From Hyalangium minutum (GTDB taxonomy: Bacteria; Myxococcota; Myxococcia; Myxococcales; Myxococcaceae): a stretch of DNA of 248,000 bases. The stretch spans positions 20,001 to 268,000 of the forward strand of contig NZ_JMCB01000013.1 in the NCBI RefSeq assembly GCF_000737315.1, written 5' to 3'. A model generated the notes under the pieces. That model was not told the DNA's origin. It saw only the letters and a list, made by a program, of their open reading frames with translations, and searched no databases. The translations under genes and the position numbers were made by a program. Of this stretch, positions 70,834 through 81,022 are shown one piece after another; within the stretch, counting starts at the first letter, position 1, and every line of letters begins with the position of its first letter.

Positions 70834-72405
70834 TCAGCTGGCGCCGATCGCGCTCTCGATGGCCTCGGTGTTGGTCACCACCGTGCCCTTCTTGCGCAGC
70901 GCCTTGATGAAGGAGTCCTCCACCTCGATCTGCTTGGCGCGGCGAGCCTGCTCCCGCAGCTCCTCCTTCTTGGCCTGGAAGTCCGCGTCATTGGCCTTCT
71001 TGCGCTCGGTGACCTGGGCGATCACGAAGCCCTCGCCGGCGGGGTAGGCCTGGTCCAGCACCTGCGGCCCCTGCGCGGTGAACGTCGCCGTCAGCAGCGC
71101 GGGCGCGGGCCCCAGGAAGGGAACCGACTCGGCGCCCGCGGTGATGGTGCCCGTCTCCACCGCCTCCGGGCGTGCCTCCGTCTCGAAGCGCTGGAGCGCC
71201 GGCTGGCCTTCCTTCTCCGGTGGGAACAGCGCCGGGATCGTCTTGCCGCCCTTCACCGCGGCCAGCGCCTTCTCGGCCTCGGCCTTGGCCAGGTCCTTGG
71301 CCGCCTGCTGCTTGTAGAGCGTGGTGGCGATCTCGTTCTCCATGTCCGGCAGCTTCTTGTCCGAGGCGGCCTGCTTCTCCTCTACCTTCACCACGTGGTA
71401 GCCCAGCGTCGTCTCAATGGGCTCGGACACGCTGCCCGGGGCCAGGGCGAACATGGCGTCCGCCAGCGCCGGCTCCAGGCTGCCGCGCTCCACCCAGCCG
71501 AGGTCTCCACCCGTCGCCTTGGTGCCCGGGTCCTCGCTGCGCTCCTTGGCCACCGCGACGAAGTCCTTCTCGCCCGTGGTGACGTCCTGGCGGAGCGCGT
71601 TCGCGCGATCCTTCGCAGCCGCCTTCTGCTCGGCGGTGGCGCCCGGGGGCAGCTTCACCAGGATCTGCCGCACCTTCACGCGCTCGGGCTGCTTGTACAT
71701 GAAGCTGTTGTTCTCGTAGTACTCGGAGATCTCCTTCTGGTGCGCCTTCTTGAACTCGTCCACCTGCGCGGGCGTGGGGGCGGGCACCTTGTCGGCGTAC
71801 ATGGTGGGCAGGAAGCGCGCGAACACGAGCTTGGCCTGGTTGGCCTCCTTGTCGTAGCGCACGCGCACCTCGTCATCCGAGACGACGGCGCCATTGCGCA
71901 CCACCTCGAGCATCTTCTGGGCAGCGAGCTGGCGGCGCAGGTCGTCCTCGTACTGCGTCTCCGTCAGCCGGTAGTAGTCGCGCAGCGCGCGGCGGTACTG
72001 GTCGAAGTCGAACACGCCGTCCTTCTGGAAGTCCGTGTTGCGGTGGATGAGCTCCACCAGCTCGGCGTCCGCGGGGACGATGCCGTAGCGCTCGGCCGCC
72101 TGCGCCACCAGCTCCACGTCCACCAGGTTCTGCACCACCTGGGGGGCCACGTACTGGCGCGCCACGGACTCGGGGATGGGGGTGCCGCGGTTGCGCAGGT
72201 TGTTGATCTGGACGTTGTAGGAGCGCAGGAAGTCCCGCAGTGGGATCTCCTTGCCGTTGACGTTCGCCACGGTGTTGACGCTCGTCACCTGCGGGCCGCT
72301 GGACTTGCTGAAGCTGCCCGGCCCGAAGTTCAGGGTGAACACCACGGCGATGCCGATGATGAACACCAGCGAGACGATCTTCCGGAGGTTCAGTCCTTCT
72401 TCCAT
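70834..72405 (-). CDS. PpiD/SurA-type peptidyl-prolyl isomerase
   Basis: N-terminal TM, SurA-N region, rotamase RQILVK..SEDPG..GGDLGW. Confidence 0.88.
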   Translation of the reverse strand: MEEGLNLRKIVSLVFIIGIAVVFTLNFGPGSFSKSSGPQVTSVNTVANVNGKEIPLRDFLRSYNVQINNLRNRGTPIPESVARQYVAPQVVQNLVDVELVAQAAERYGIVPADAELVELIHRNTDFQKDGVFDFDQYRRALRDYYRLTETQYEDDLRRQLAAQKMLEVVRNGAVVSDDEVRVRYDKEANQAKLVFARFLPTMYADKVPAPTPAQVDEFKKAHQKEISEYYENNSFMYKQPERVKVRQILVKLPPGATAEQKAAAKDRANALRQDVTTGEKDFVAVAKERSEDPGTKATGGDLGWVERGSLEPALADAMFALAPGSVSEPIETTLGYHVVKVEEKQAASDKKLPDMENEIATTLYKQQAAKDLAKAEAEKALAAVKGGKTIPALFPPEKEGQPALQRFETEARPEAVETGTITAGAESVPFLGPAPALLTATFTAQGPQVLDQAYPAGEGFVIAQVTERKKANDADFQAKKEELREQARRAKQIEVEDSFIKALRKKGTVVTNTEAIESAIGAS

Positions 72406-72628
72406 GATGCTGTCGTTTCTTCCCGCGCGGCGCCGCCAAATCCCTTGTGGAAGGACTCGCGACGCAGGTTTGTTGGATGCCCGGCCGGTGAGTGAACGGT
72501 TCGCCTTCACCCCCCATGACAGGCCTTGACTGCCTAGGATAAGCCCTCTGAAAATGCAAGCGATTTACAGTGTTTAGCCGCTCCTCTCCCTTCCGGCCTC
72601 TCTTTCCCTACACGGGTACTTTCCCCCA

Positions 72629-73480
72629 GTGCTGTCGCTCTTCCGGCGGTATCGCCGTTTCATCATTGTCAGCGTGCTGCTGCTCTACCCGCTGGTCGCC
72701 TTCCTGGTGTCTGGGCGGCGGGGCCGCGACGCCAACTTCGTCGATCGCGCCGTCATCGCGATGACGGCTCCGCTCCAGTCGGGGCTCAACTGGATCATCG
72801 ACGGGGTGGTGGGCGCGATGAGCCACTACGTGGACTTGCGCGACGTGCGGCAGGAGAATGACGCGCTGCGGCTGGAGAACATGCAGCTGCGAGCAGCCGT
72901 GCAGGCGTTGGGCGAGGCTCGGGCCGAGAATGAGCGGCTCAAGCAACTGTTGGGGTACGCCGAAAAGGAAGCGGGGCCGGAGATTCCGGCGCGGGTGGTG
73001 GGGGTGAACCCGGTGGCCAAGCTGTTGTCGGTGCGGATCAGCAGCGGCGAGCGGCAGGGCGTGTACCGGGGCATGTCGGTGGTGACGCCGGATGGAATCG
73101 TCGGCCAGGTGATCCGGACGACGGGAGGTTACGCGGACGTGGCGTTGGTGACGGATCCCCAGAGCCGGGTGGGCGTGCGAGTGCAGCGCTCGCGGGCGCG
73201 TGGCACGGCGGCGGGCTCGGGCAGCGGGCCGCTCAAGCTGGAGAACATGCTGCGCACCGAGGATGTCGAGGACGGGGATCTGATCATCACCTCCGGTACG
73301 GACGGGGTGTACCCGCCAGGGCTGGTGGTGGGACGGGTGGCGAACCTGGCGAAGAAGGAGCACGGCATGTTCCAGGCGGCCGACATCCTCCCCGCGGTGG
73401 ACACGACGAAGCTCGAGGAAGTCTTCGTGGTGGGCAGCCCATACCAGGACGCGGCGCCGCTGGTGGAGGGGACGCGATGA
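72629..73480 (+). CDS. mreC: Rod shape protein MreC
   Basis: ENERLKQLL, GIVGQV, TSGTDGVYPPGLVVG. Confidence 0.92.
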   Translation: MLSLFRRYRRFIIVSVLLLYPLVAFLVSGRRGRDANFVDRAVIAMTAPLQSGLNWIIDGVVGAMSHYVDLRDVRQENDALRLENMQLRAAVQALGEARAENERLKQLLGYAEKEAGPEIPARVVGVNPVAKLLSVRISSGERQGVYRGMSVVTPDGIVGQVIRTTGGYADVALVTDPQSRVGVRVQRSRARGTAAGSGSGPLKLENMLRTEDVEDGDLIITSGTDGVYPPGLVVGRVANLAKKEHGMFQAADILPAVDTTKLEEVFVVGSPYQDAAPLVEGTR

Positions 73481-73980
73481 AGTTCCTGGTGACGGTGGTG
73501 TTGGCCATGGTGCTGCTCACGCTCGAGTCCGTCATCGTGCAGCGGGCGGGGCTGGTGTTGTCGCGCATCGACGTGACGGTGGTGCTGCTGGCGTTCCTGG
73601 CGCTGCGGGCCTCGCTGCTGGAGGGCGCCTGCTCGGCCTTCGCGGTGGGCTACCTCTTGGACTTGATGAGCGGCCAGCCCACGGGGCTCTACACGTTCCT
73701 GGGCGTCTTCACCTTCCTGGTGTGCCGGTTGGTGTACTCGCTGGTGGACGTGCGCGGGCCGGTGGCCTTCGTGCTCTTCACCATGGGCGCGGACGTGGGC
73801 CATGGCTTGCTGGCGGCCTTCTTCGGGTGGCTGACGGTGAAGGATGGCTCGGCCACGGCGGTGCTGCCCGGCCTGCCGCTGCAGGTGGCGCTCACCGGCG
73901 CGGCGGCGCTGGCCCTCTATCCGCTGCTGCGCAAGCTCGAGGTGCGCCATGAGCGCACCCAGGCGGGAGGCTTGCTGTGA
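73477..73980 (+). CDS. mreD: Rod shape protein MreD
   Basis: Hydrophobic, GYLLDL, position in operon. Confidence 0.8.
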   Translation: MKFLVTVVLAMVLLTLESVIVQRAGLVLSRIDVTVVLLAFLALRASLLEGACSAFAVGYLLDLMSGQPTGLYTFLGVFTFLVCRLVYSLVDVRGPVAFVLFTMGADVGHGLLAAFFGWLTVKDGSATAVLPGLPLQVALTGAAALALYPLLRKLEVRHERTQAGGLL

Positions 73981-76025
73981 CTCCTCCGGATCTTGGAAAG
74001 ACGACGCCTCCGGGGCGGGACCTCAAGAAGCGCTTTCTGTGGCTGGGCCTGGCCATGGTGGGCGGCATGGCAGTGCTGGCCCTCCAGCTCTACCGGCTGC
74101 AGATCATCCGGGGCGAGGAGTACGCCGCCAAGAGCGTGGCGAACTTCGTGAAGGAAGTTCGCCTGCGCGCGGACCGTGGCGTCATCAAGGATGCGCGCGG
74201 CACCATCCTGGTGGACAGCCGTCCGTCTTTCGACGCCTTCATCACCCCTGCGTTCTGCACCGACTGTTCCAAGGAAGTGCTTCCGAAGCTGGCCACGCTG
74301 CTGGGCTGGGACGAGGATCAGCGCAAGAAGGTGGACGACCAGGTGCGCATCTCCAAGCGCAACGCGCCGTTCCAGCCGCTGCCGGTGCGCATCGATCTCA
74401 CGCGCGACGAGCTGGACCGCATCAACGCGCGGCGCGACATCCTGGACGGTGTGGAAGTGGTGGCGGTGCCGCACCGCAACTACCGCACGGAGACGGTGCT
74501 GTCGCACGTGCTGGGCTACATGAACGAGATCAACCAGGACGAGCTGGAGCGGCTCAACGCCGACGGCGCGAAGTACGCCCTGGGGGACTACATCGGCCGG
74601 CGCGGCCTGGAGCGGTACTTCGAGCCGCAGCTGCGCGGCGTGGACGGCTTCCGCAAGGAAGTGGTGAATGCGCGCGGCCAGAAGATCGAGGAGCTGAACG
74701 ACAAGCTCGGCGAGAACTCGGTGACGCCGCCCCAGGCCGGCAGCAACCTGGTGCTGTCCATCGACATGCGGCTTCAGGAAGAAGCCGAGCGCATCTTCCC
74801 GGGCGTGGCGGGTGCGGTGGTCGCCATCGACGTGAACACCGGCTACATCAAGGCGCTGGTGTCCCGGCCGGGCTTCGATCCGAACCTGCTCACCGGCCGC
74901 GTCACTCCGGCTCAGATGGCGGAGATGGTGAGGGATCCGCTCCAGCCGATGATCAACCGCGTGGCCGCGGCACATTACAGCCCGGGGTCGACGTTCAAGG
75001 TCGTCACCCAGCTGGCGGCGTTCAAGTCGGGCAACTTCCGGCCAGACTCGGTGATCAATTGCCCGGGTGGCTACAAGCTGGGCGCGCGCACGTGGCGCTG
75101 CCACAAGGAGAGCGGCCACGGCCCGGTGAACGCCAAGCAGGCCATGGCGTACTCGTGCGACACCTGGTTCTTCAAGGTGGCGGACACCATCGGCCTGGAT
75201 CCGATCGCGGAGATGGGCCGGGCGCTCGGCCTGGGCAGCCCCACGGGCATCGGCGTGCTGGGCGAGGTCCCCGGAATCATGCCCACCACCGAGTACCATG
75301 ATCGGCTCTCGCCCGGCGGCTACACCAAGGGCATGGCGCTCAACAGCGCCATCGGCCAGGGCGACGACAACGTGACGCCGCTGCAGCTGGCCATGGTGTA
75401 CGCGGCCATTGCCAACGGCGGCACGCTGTACAAGCCGCAGCTCGTGCATCGCATCGAGGATCAGGACGGTCAGGTGGTCGATTCGTTCAATCCGCAGGTG
75501 GTGCGCACCGTGGACATCAACCCCGATCACCGCAAGGTCATCGTGGAAGGCCTGGTGGCCGTGGCCAACGAGGCGGGCGGTACCGCGTTCCGCGCGCGCC
75601 AGGCTTACAAGGAGCAGATGAAGAACATCGTCGTGGCCAGCAAGACGGGCACCGCCCAGGTGGTGGCCATTGGCGCGGTGCGCCTGAAGACGCACCAGAT
75701 GGAGTTCTTTACGCGCGATCATGCGTGGTTCGCCGGCTTCGCGCCCGCGGACAAGCCAGAGATCGCCGTGGTGGTGCTCAACGAGCACGGTGGCCACGGT
75801 GGCGTGGACGCGGCGCCCACCGGCATGGCCGTGTTCTCCAAGTACTTCGAGCTGAAGCAGCTGGATGCGAACTCGCCGCCTCAGCGCTCCAATCAGCCCT
75901 ACGTCCTGACGCTGCCTCCGACTCCGAAGCTGCAGGACGTTACTCTCACTCGCGGCACTCCAGCCGCGGGCACGCCCACGCGCGGCGCTCCGGCCGCAGG
76001 CCCTCCGAATGCAGCTCAGCATTGA
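73977..76025 (+). CDS. mrdA: Penicillin-binding protein 2
   Basis: PGSTFK (SxxK), SCD (SxD), KTGTAQ. Confidence 0.95.
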   Translation: MTPPDLGKTTPPGRDLKKRFLWLGLAMVGGMAVLALQLYRLQIIRGEEYAAKSVANFVKEVRLRADRGVIKDARGTILVDSRPSFDAFITPAFCTDCSKEVLPKLATLLGWDEDQRKKVDDQVRISKRNAPFQPLPVRIDLTRDELDRINARRDILDGVEVVAVPHRNYRTETVLSHVLGYMNEINQDELERLNADGAKYALGDYIGRRGLERYFEPQLRGVDGFRKEVVNARGQKIEELNDKLGENSVTPPQAGSNLVLSIDMRLQEEAERIFPGVAGAVVAIDVNTGYIKALVSRPGFDPNLLTGRVTPAQMAEMVRDPLQPMINRVAAAHYSPGSTFKVVTQLAAFKSGNFRPDSVINCPGGYKLGARTWRCHKESGHGPVNAKQAMAYSCDTWFFKVADTIGLDPIAEMGRALGLGSPTGIGVLGEVPGIMPTTEYHDRLSPGGYTKGMALNSAIGQGDDNVTPLQLAMVYAAIANGGTLYKPQLVHRIEDQDGQVVDSFNPQVVRTVDINPDHRKVIVEGLVAVANEAGGTAFRARQAYKEQMKNIVVASKTGTAQVVAIGAVRLKTHQMEFFTRDHAWFAGFAPADKPEIAVVVLNEHGGHGGVDAAPTGMAVFSKYFELKQLDANSPPQRSNQPYVLTLPPTPKLQDVTLTRGTPAAGTPTRGAPAAGPPNAAQH

Positions 76026-77160
76026 ACGACGCATGGTGCCCCACGTCCCGTGGGCCCTCATCTTCTGCATCCTGGCCATCTGCGCCCTGGGTGTGTGGAA
76101 CCTGGCCTCGGCGGCTCGGCCTCCGCATGCCTCGGTGTGGACCAGCCAGGCCATCTACATGGCCGTGGGGTTGGGCGTCGCGTTGATGGTGTGCCTGGTG
76201 GACTACCGCTGGATCCAGCGGATGACTGTCCCCATCTACGTGCTCAACATCCTGGCGCTGATTGCCCTGCGCTTCCTGGGGCACAAGGCCAAGGGCGCCG
76301 AGAGCTGGTTCGTGCTGGGCCCGGTGCGCGTGCAGCCCGCCGAGTTCATGAAGATCGGCGTGATCCTCATGCTGGCCAAGGTCTACCACGACGACTTCAA
76401 GCCCAATCAAGAGGCCTATGGCCTGCTGCGGCTGTGGAAGCCGCTGGCGGTGGTGGCGGTACCCGCGGTGCTCGTGCTGGTGCAGCCGGACCTGGGCACG
76501 GCGATGATGATCTTGCTGTCCTCGGCCACGGTCATCCTCTTCGGCAAGGTGCGCTGGTACCTGGTGGCGGTGATTGTCGCGGGCATCCTGGCCGTGGGCG
76601 GCATCATCTGGAACGACTACGTGCGTGAGGCTCCCGAGCCGCGCTTCACCGTGCTCAAGCACCACCTCAAGAAGCACCAGAGCCAGCGCATCTCCGGGTG
76701 GCTGGATCCCGAGGCGGACCTGCGCGGCAGCGGCTACCACGCCGCCCAGTCGAAGATCGCCGTGGGCAGCGGCGGCATGTCCGGCAAGGGCTGGCGCGAG
76801 GGCACCCAGACGGGTCTGTCCTTCCTCCCCGAGCAGCACACGGACTTCATCTTCTCCGTGTGGGCCGAGGAGCACGGCTTCCTGTCGTGCCTGGTGCTCC
76901 TGGCCTTGTATGGAGGGCTCTTCTCTCTGTCATTGGCCGTGGGGTTCAACGCCCGAGACAGGTTCGGAGCCTTCGTGGCGGTAGGCATCACCGCGATGAT
77001 CTTCTGGCAGGTGTTCGAGAACATCGGCATGGTGATTGGACTGCTGCCGGTGACAGGCATCACCCTGCCGCTGATGAGCTACGGCGGCTCGTCGATCATG
77101 TCGATGATGCTCAGCATTGGCCTGCTGGTGAACATCAGCATGCGCCGCCACATGTTCTGA
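76009..77160 (+). CDS. rodA: Rod shape-determining protein RodA
   Basis: QPAEFMK, QPDLGT, HTDFIFSVWAEE, SYGGSS. Confidence 0.95.
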   Translation: MQLSIERRMVPHVPWALIFCILAICALGVWNLASAARPPHASVWTSQAIYMAVGLGVALMVCLVDYRWIQRMTVPIYVLNILALIALRFLGHKAKGAESWFVLGPVRVQPAEFMKIGVILMLAKVYHDDFKPNQEAYGLLRLWKPLAVVAVPAVLVLVQPDLGTAMMILLSSATVILFGKVRWYLVAVIVAGILAVGGIIWNDYVREAPEPRFTVLKHHLKKHQSQRISGWLDPEADLRGSGYHAAQSKIAVGSGGMSGKGWREGTQTGLSFLPEQHTDFIFSVWAEEHGFLSCLVLLALYGGLFSLSLAVGFNARDRFGAFVAVGITAMIFWQVFENIGMVIGLLPVTGITLPLMSYGGSSIMSMMLSIGLLVNISMRRHMF

Positions 77161-77173
77161 GCTGGGCTCGGGC

Positions 77174-78553
77174 TCAGAAGGCGCGGCCGGTGAGGATGGC
77201 GCTGGCCACGGTGAAGTAGATGATCACGCCGGTGACGTCCACCAGCGTGGCCACGAAGGGCGCCGAGGCCGCCGCAGGGTCCAGCCCCAGCCGCCGCAGC
77301 AGGAACGGCAGCATGGAGCCGCACAGCGTGCCGAACATCACCACGCCCACCACGCTGAAGCCCACCGCGATGCCCACCCACCCGAAGTGGGGGCCATAGA
77401 GCCCCTCGGCGCCGGGCCAGAGGATGATGCGCAGCGCCCCCAGCGCCCCGAGGAACAATCCGAGGGCAATGCCGCTGGTCACCTCGCGCAGGGCCACGCG
77501 CCACCAGTCGCTCAGCGCCACATCTCGCACCGCCAGCGCGCGGATGATGAGCGAGGTGGCTTGCGAGCCGGAGTTGCCGCCCGAGGAGATGATCAGCGGC
77601 ACGAAGCTGCTGAGGAAGACGGCCTGGGCGATGGCGTCCTGGTAGTGCGCCATGGCCGTGGCGGTGAACATCTGCCCGAAGAAGAGCACCGTCAGCCAGC
77701 CCACCCGCTTGCTCAACATCTCCGTGAAGCCGATGTCCAGGTAGGGCGCCTCGAGGGCCTCCATACCGCCCATGCGCTGGATGTCCTCGGTGGCCTCCTC
77801 CTCGGCCACGTCGAGCACGTCGTCGTGGGTGATGATGCCCAGCAGCACCCCCTGCGAGTCCGTCACCGGCAGCGCCACCCGGTCATACTTCTCGAAGAAG
77901 CCGATGATCTCCTCGCGGTCCGCCGTGGCGGGGATGCTCACCAGCTGCCGGTCATGAATGTCCGAGATGCGCGTGTCGGGCTTCGCCAGCACCAGCGCGG
78001 CCAGGCGCACGTCGTCCAGCAGTCGCCGCTTCTCGTCGACAATATAGAGGACGTTCAGCGTCTCGCGCCCCTGGCCGTGGGTGCGCACGAAGTCCAGCGC
78101 CTGGGCTGCGGTGAGGTTCTCCGGCAGCGTGAGGAACTCCGGCGTCATGTAGCGGCCGGCGCTGCGCTCCGGGTACCCCAGCAGCTCGCGGGCCACCTTC
78201 AGCTCCGCGGGCGACAGCGTCGTCAACGCCCGCCGCGTCACCTCCGCGGGCAGCTCCTCGAGCAGGCGCGTGCGGTCGTCCGGCGCCATCTCGTTGAGCA
78301 GGTTCTTCAGGTCCTCGTTGCCCAGCGTGCTCACCACCTCCGTCTGTTGGTGGGGAGGCAGGTACTCGAAGACCAGCGCGGCCGTGTCTCGCGGCAGCAG
78401 CCGGAAGAGGACGCCGCTGTCCTTGGCGGGCAGATCCTCGATGACCTCGGCCACATCCGCCGGGTCCATCTCCGTGAAGGCCTCGCGCAGCGAGTTCCAG
78501 TCACGAGCCAGGATCAGCTCGTCGAACTCCGGCTTGAGGAGGTTTCCCAGCAT
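77174..78553 (-). CDS. mgtE: Magnesium transporter MgtE
   Basis: CBS pair, GGNSGSQ, PFVATLVDV. Confidence 0.95.
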   Translation of the reverse strand: MLGNLLKPEFDELILARDWNSLREAFTEMDPADVAEVIEDLPAKDSGVLFRLLPRDTAALVFEYLPPHQQTEVVSTLGNEDLKNLLNEMAPDDRTRLLEELPAEVTRRALTTLSPAELKVARELLGYPERSAGRYMTPEFLTLPENLTAAQALDFVRTHGQGRETLNVLYIVDEKRRLLDDVRLAALVLAKPDTRISDIHDRQLVSIPATADREEIIGFFEKYDRVALPVTDSQGVLLGIITHDDVLDVAEEEATEDIQRMGGMEALEAPYLDIGFTEMLSKRVGWLTVLFFGQMFTATAMAHYQDAIAQAVFLSSFVPLIISSGGNSGSQATSLIIRALAVRDVALSDWWRVALREVTSGIALGLFLGALGALRIILWPGAEGLYGPHFGWVGIAVGFSVVGVVMFGTLCGSMLPFLLRRLGLDPAAASAPFVATLVDVTGVIIYFTVASAILTGRAF

Positions 78554-78837
78554 TACAATCTCCGCGCGCGGCGGCGCGGGCGCATGGTGTATGAATCGCG
78601 CCTGTTCCGATACGGGATTCTTTCAGGGGCGCGGAGGCGATGATGCAAAGAAAGGGTGCCAAGAAGGGCTCAGCCTCGGAGGTGTCCACCTCGACTGCGT
78701 CTCCCCGTGAAGGAGCGCCCCCAGCCACTGCCTCGGAGAGGAAGCCCTCGGACGTCTCCCCAGCAGGCGAGGGAACACCGCCTCCCGCTCCGGCCCAGGG
78801 CCGCGAGCCGCGCCGCCCGGGCGTCAACGTTCCGAAG

Positions 78838-79434
78838 ATGTCTACGCTTCAGCCGGACGCGCGCCGCTCGGGCTCACGTCCCGAGGAGCCCCGGCGCCCG
78901 GCGGGACGCCCTGCAACACCTCGGGTGGCCCCCATCATTGAAATGCAGTCGGGCAACGAGCCGGAGCACCGGCACTTCCCGCGTGCCCGGCTGGCCACGC
79001 GCTTCGAGCTCTGGAGGGAGGAGGGGGGACAGAAGACCTTCTCTGCGACGCTCCTCTCGCAGAACGTCAGCGTGAGCGGCGCCTTTCTAGAGAGCACCTT
79101 CTTCCTGCCCATGGGCACGGAGGTCCAGGTGCGCTTCTCGCTCGAGGAGGGCGCCGAGCCTGTACAGACCCGCGCCGAGATCGTCCGCGAGGAGCGGGCG
79201 GGCCCGGGAGGGCGCTCGGGTTTCGGCATCCGCTTCGTGGAGTTCACCGGGCAGACGGAAGTCTCGCTGGCCCGGCTCTTCCTCGGCATGCGGCTGCGAA
79301 CCTTTGCCGAAGAATACCTTCAGTCCCGCCGGGCCCGCTCGCTGCCCAATGAGCTGGAGCGGGTGGTGGACGTGCTCGCCGCGTGGGAGCTGCTCAAGGC
79401 CACCTCCCCGGGCGATCCCTGGCAAGGCCAGTAA
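78838..79434 (+). CDS. PilZ domain protein
   Basis: HRHFPR, NVSVSG, GFGIRF; start uncertain. Confidence 0.75.
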   Translation: MSTLQPDARRSGSRPEEPRRPAGRPATPRVAPIIEMQSGNEPEHRHFPRARLATRFELWREEGGQKTFSATLLSQNVSVSGAFLESTFFLPMGTEVQVRFSLEEGAEPVQTRAEIVREERAGPGGRSGFGIRFVEFTGQTEVSLARLFLGMRLRTFAEEYLQSRRARSLPNELERVVDVLAAWELLKATSPGDPWQGQ

Positions 79435-79441
79435 CGCGCGC

Positions 79442-79774
79442 TCAGACCTTCTTGCCAGCGGCCAGCTGGCGGCGACGCTCGGCCTGGTAGTGCGCCGAGC
79501 ACAGGCCCTTGGAGCGGGACTCGCGCTCGCAGCCCGGCACGGTGCAGCGGCGCTCCGGCGCCACGGGCCCTGAGGCCAGCATCTTCGGCGGCCGGCCTCT
79601 TCTGCGCGTGGTCACCGCTGCCGGAGCCCCTGCGGTGCTGATGCCATTCTCATGAAGCGCGCGAATCACCCCGCGACCGATGGCGTCCCCGATCGCCTCG
79701 GCCCACGAAGCAAGTGCGGGAGGGAGGGCCGAGGGAGGCAGAGAGGGACCGGTAGGCTTCCGAGGACGTGGCAT
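79442..79774 (-). CDS. Small basic putative DNA-binding protein (AT-hook-like plus Cys/His motif)
   Basis: RRRGRPPK; CTVPGC..GLCSAHY. Confidence 0.7.
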   Translation of the reverse strand: MPRPRKPTGPSLPPSALPPALASWAEAIGDAIGRGVIRALHENGISTAGAPAAVTTRRRGRPPKMLASGPVAPERRCTVPGCERESRSKGLCSAHYQAERRRQLAAGKKV

Positions 79775-80085
79775 GGATGCTCCTTTAATTTTGAATAGCC
79801 GGTTAAACGGGTTTAAATCAATGAACCGCTTATTTGTACTTTGTTGCTAAATCTGTCAACACAAGGATGAGGGGTTTTTCTAGACTCTGCTCGAAAGGAC
79901 AGACGGAGACCTGTCTGAGACAGAGAGGGAGCAGCGGAAGACACAGCAGGCGCAGCACACGAGACGCATCTAGGAGCGCGAGCCAGGATTGCTCGAGCAA
80001 CTCCGAACGTCGGGCCGGACGTTCCTGCTTGGAAGCGGGGTCCGCCCAGGCGAGGCGTGAGAGCCTCGCCCAGGCGTGGGCACTC

Positions 80086-80418
80086 TCAGGAGAGCGCTTT
80101 GGTGATGGCTGCTTCGATCTTGTGCCTCGGCACCGCACCCACGATCTGATCCACCACCTTGCCGCCCTTGAAGACGAGCAGGGTGGGGATGGAGCGGATG
80201 CCGTAGTCCTGCGGCGTCTTCTGGTTGTCGTCGATGTTCATCTTGGTGAACTTCATCTTGCCCCTGTACTCGGTCGCGAGCGCCTCGACAGACGGGGCGA
80301 TGGCGCGGCACGGGGCACACCAGGTGGCCCAGAAGTCCACGAGCACCGGCTGCTCGGACTTCAGCACCTGCTGGTCGAAGTCCTGGTCCCCAACGTTCAC
80401 AACGTCAACACCGGCCAT
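80086..80418 (-). CDS. trxA: Thioredoxin
   Basis: DFWATWCAPC, SIPTLL. Confidence 0.95.
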   Translation of the reverse strand: MAGVDVVNVGDQDFDQQVLKSEQPVLVDFWATWCAPCRAIAPSVEALATEYRGKMKFTKMNIDDNQKTPQDYGIRSIPTLLVFKGGKVVDQIVGAVPRHKIEAAITKALS

Positions 80419-80616
80419 GGATGTCTCCTCTAGAAAGGCCATTCGATTGACGGGCCTTGCGGGCGCGTCCTCTAGTACGCGTCCCCTATGCCCTGCAAGG
80501 AGCAGCGGGCGTCGCTGTTCTTGATCTTTGAGATGCTGACAAGCCCCGTGGGTTTCAAGCAGGCAGACCGCACGAGAGACGGGCTGTCCGGGCGGCGCTG
80601 ATGTAAGCTGGGCCAC

Positions 80617-80988
80617 GTGATGAAGCTCTTCCTGCCCCAGACCCAACTCGAGGAGTGGGCCCTGGGGGACAAAGCGGATCTGAAGGACGGCAAGCTGGTG
80701 GTGATGGCGGAGGGGGGCGCGAGCTTCCCGGCTGTCCCCGCCGTGCACTTCGTGCAGCTCGTCACGGGTGAGGACACCCACAAGCTGGTGGCCAAGGTGA
80801 AGACCGAGGCCCAGCTCCAAAGCTTGGGGGCCGAGCAGATGGCCGACTCTGTCATCCTGGGGGAGTCCGCCTACGAAGTGGTTCCAGGGTATCTTACCGA
80901 GGTCGCCGCCGCCCCCCGTCCGGCCGACAAGAAGCCAAGCAGCGAGACGGATCTGCTGGCTGCTTTCATCCTCAACAAGATGGGCTGA
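80617..80988 (+). CDS. Hypothetical protein
   Basis: 123-aa ORF with GC3 bias. Confidence 0.65.
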   Translation: MMKLFLPQTQLEEWALGDKADLKDGKLVVMAEGGASFPAVPAVHFVQLVTGEDTHKLVAKVKTEAQLQSLGAEQMADSVILGESAYEVVPGYLTEVAAAPRPADKKPSSETDLLAAFILNKMG

Positions 80989-81022
80989 CCGCGGGGTCGC
81001 CCGGGGTTATGTCGCTGCCGCC

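Noticed and set aside
72406-72628. Missing mreB upstream of mreC
   Set aside because: From memory mreB is unlinked from mreCD in myxobacteria, so this is not novel.
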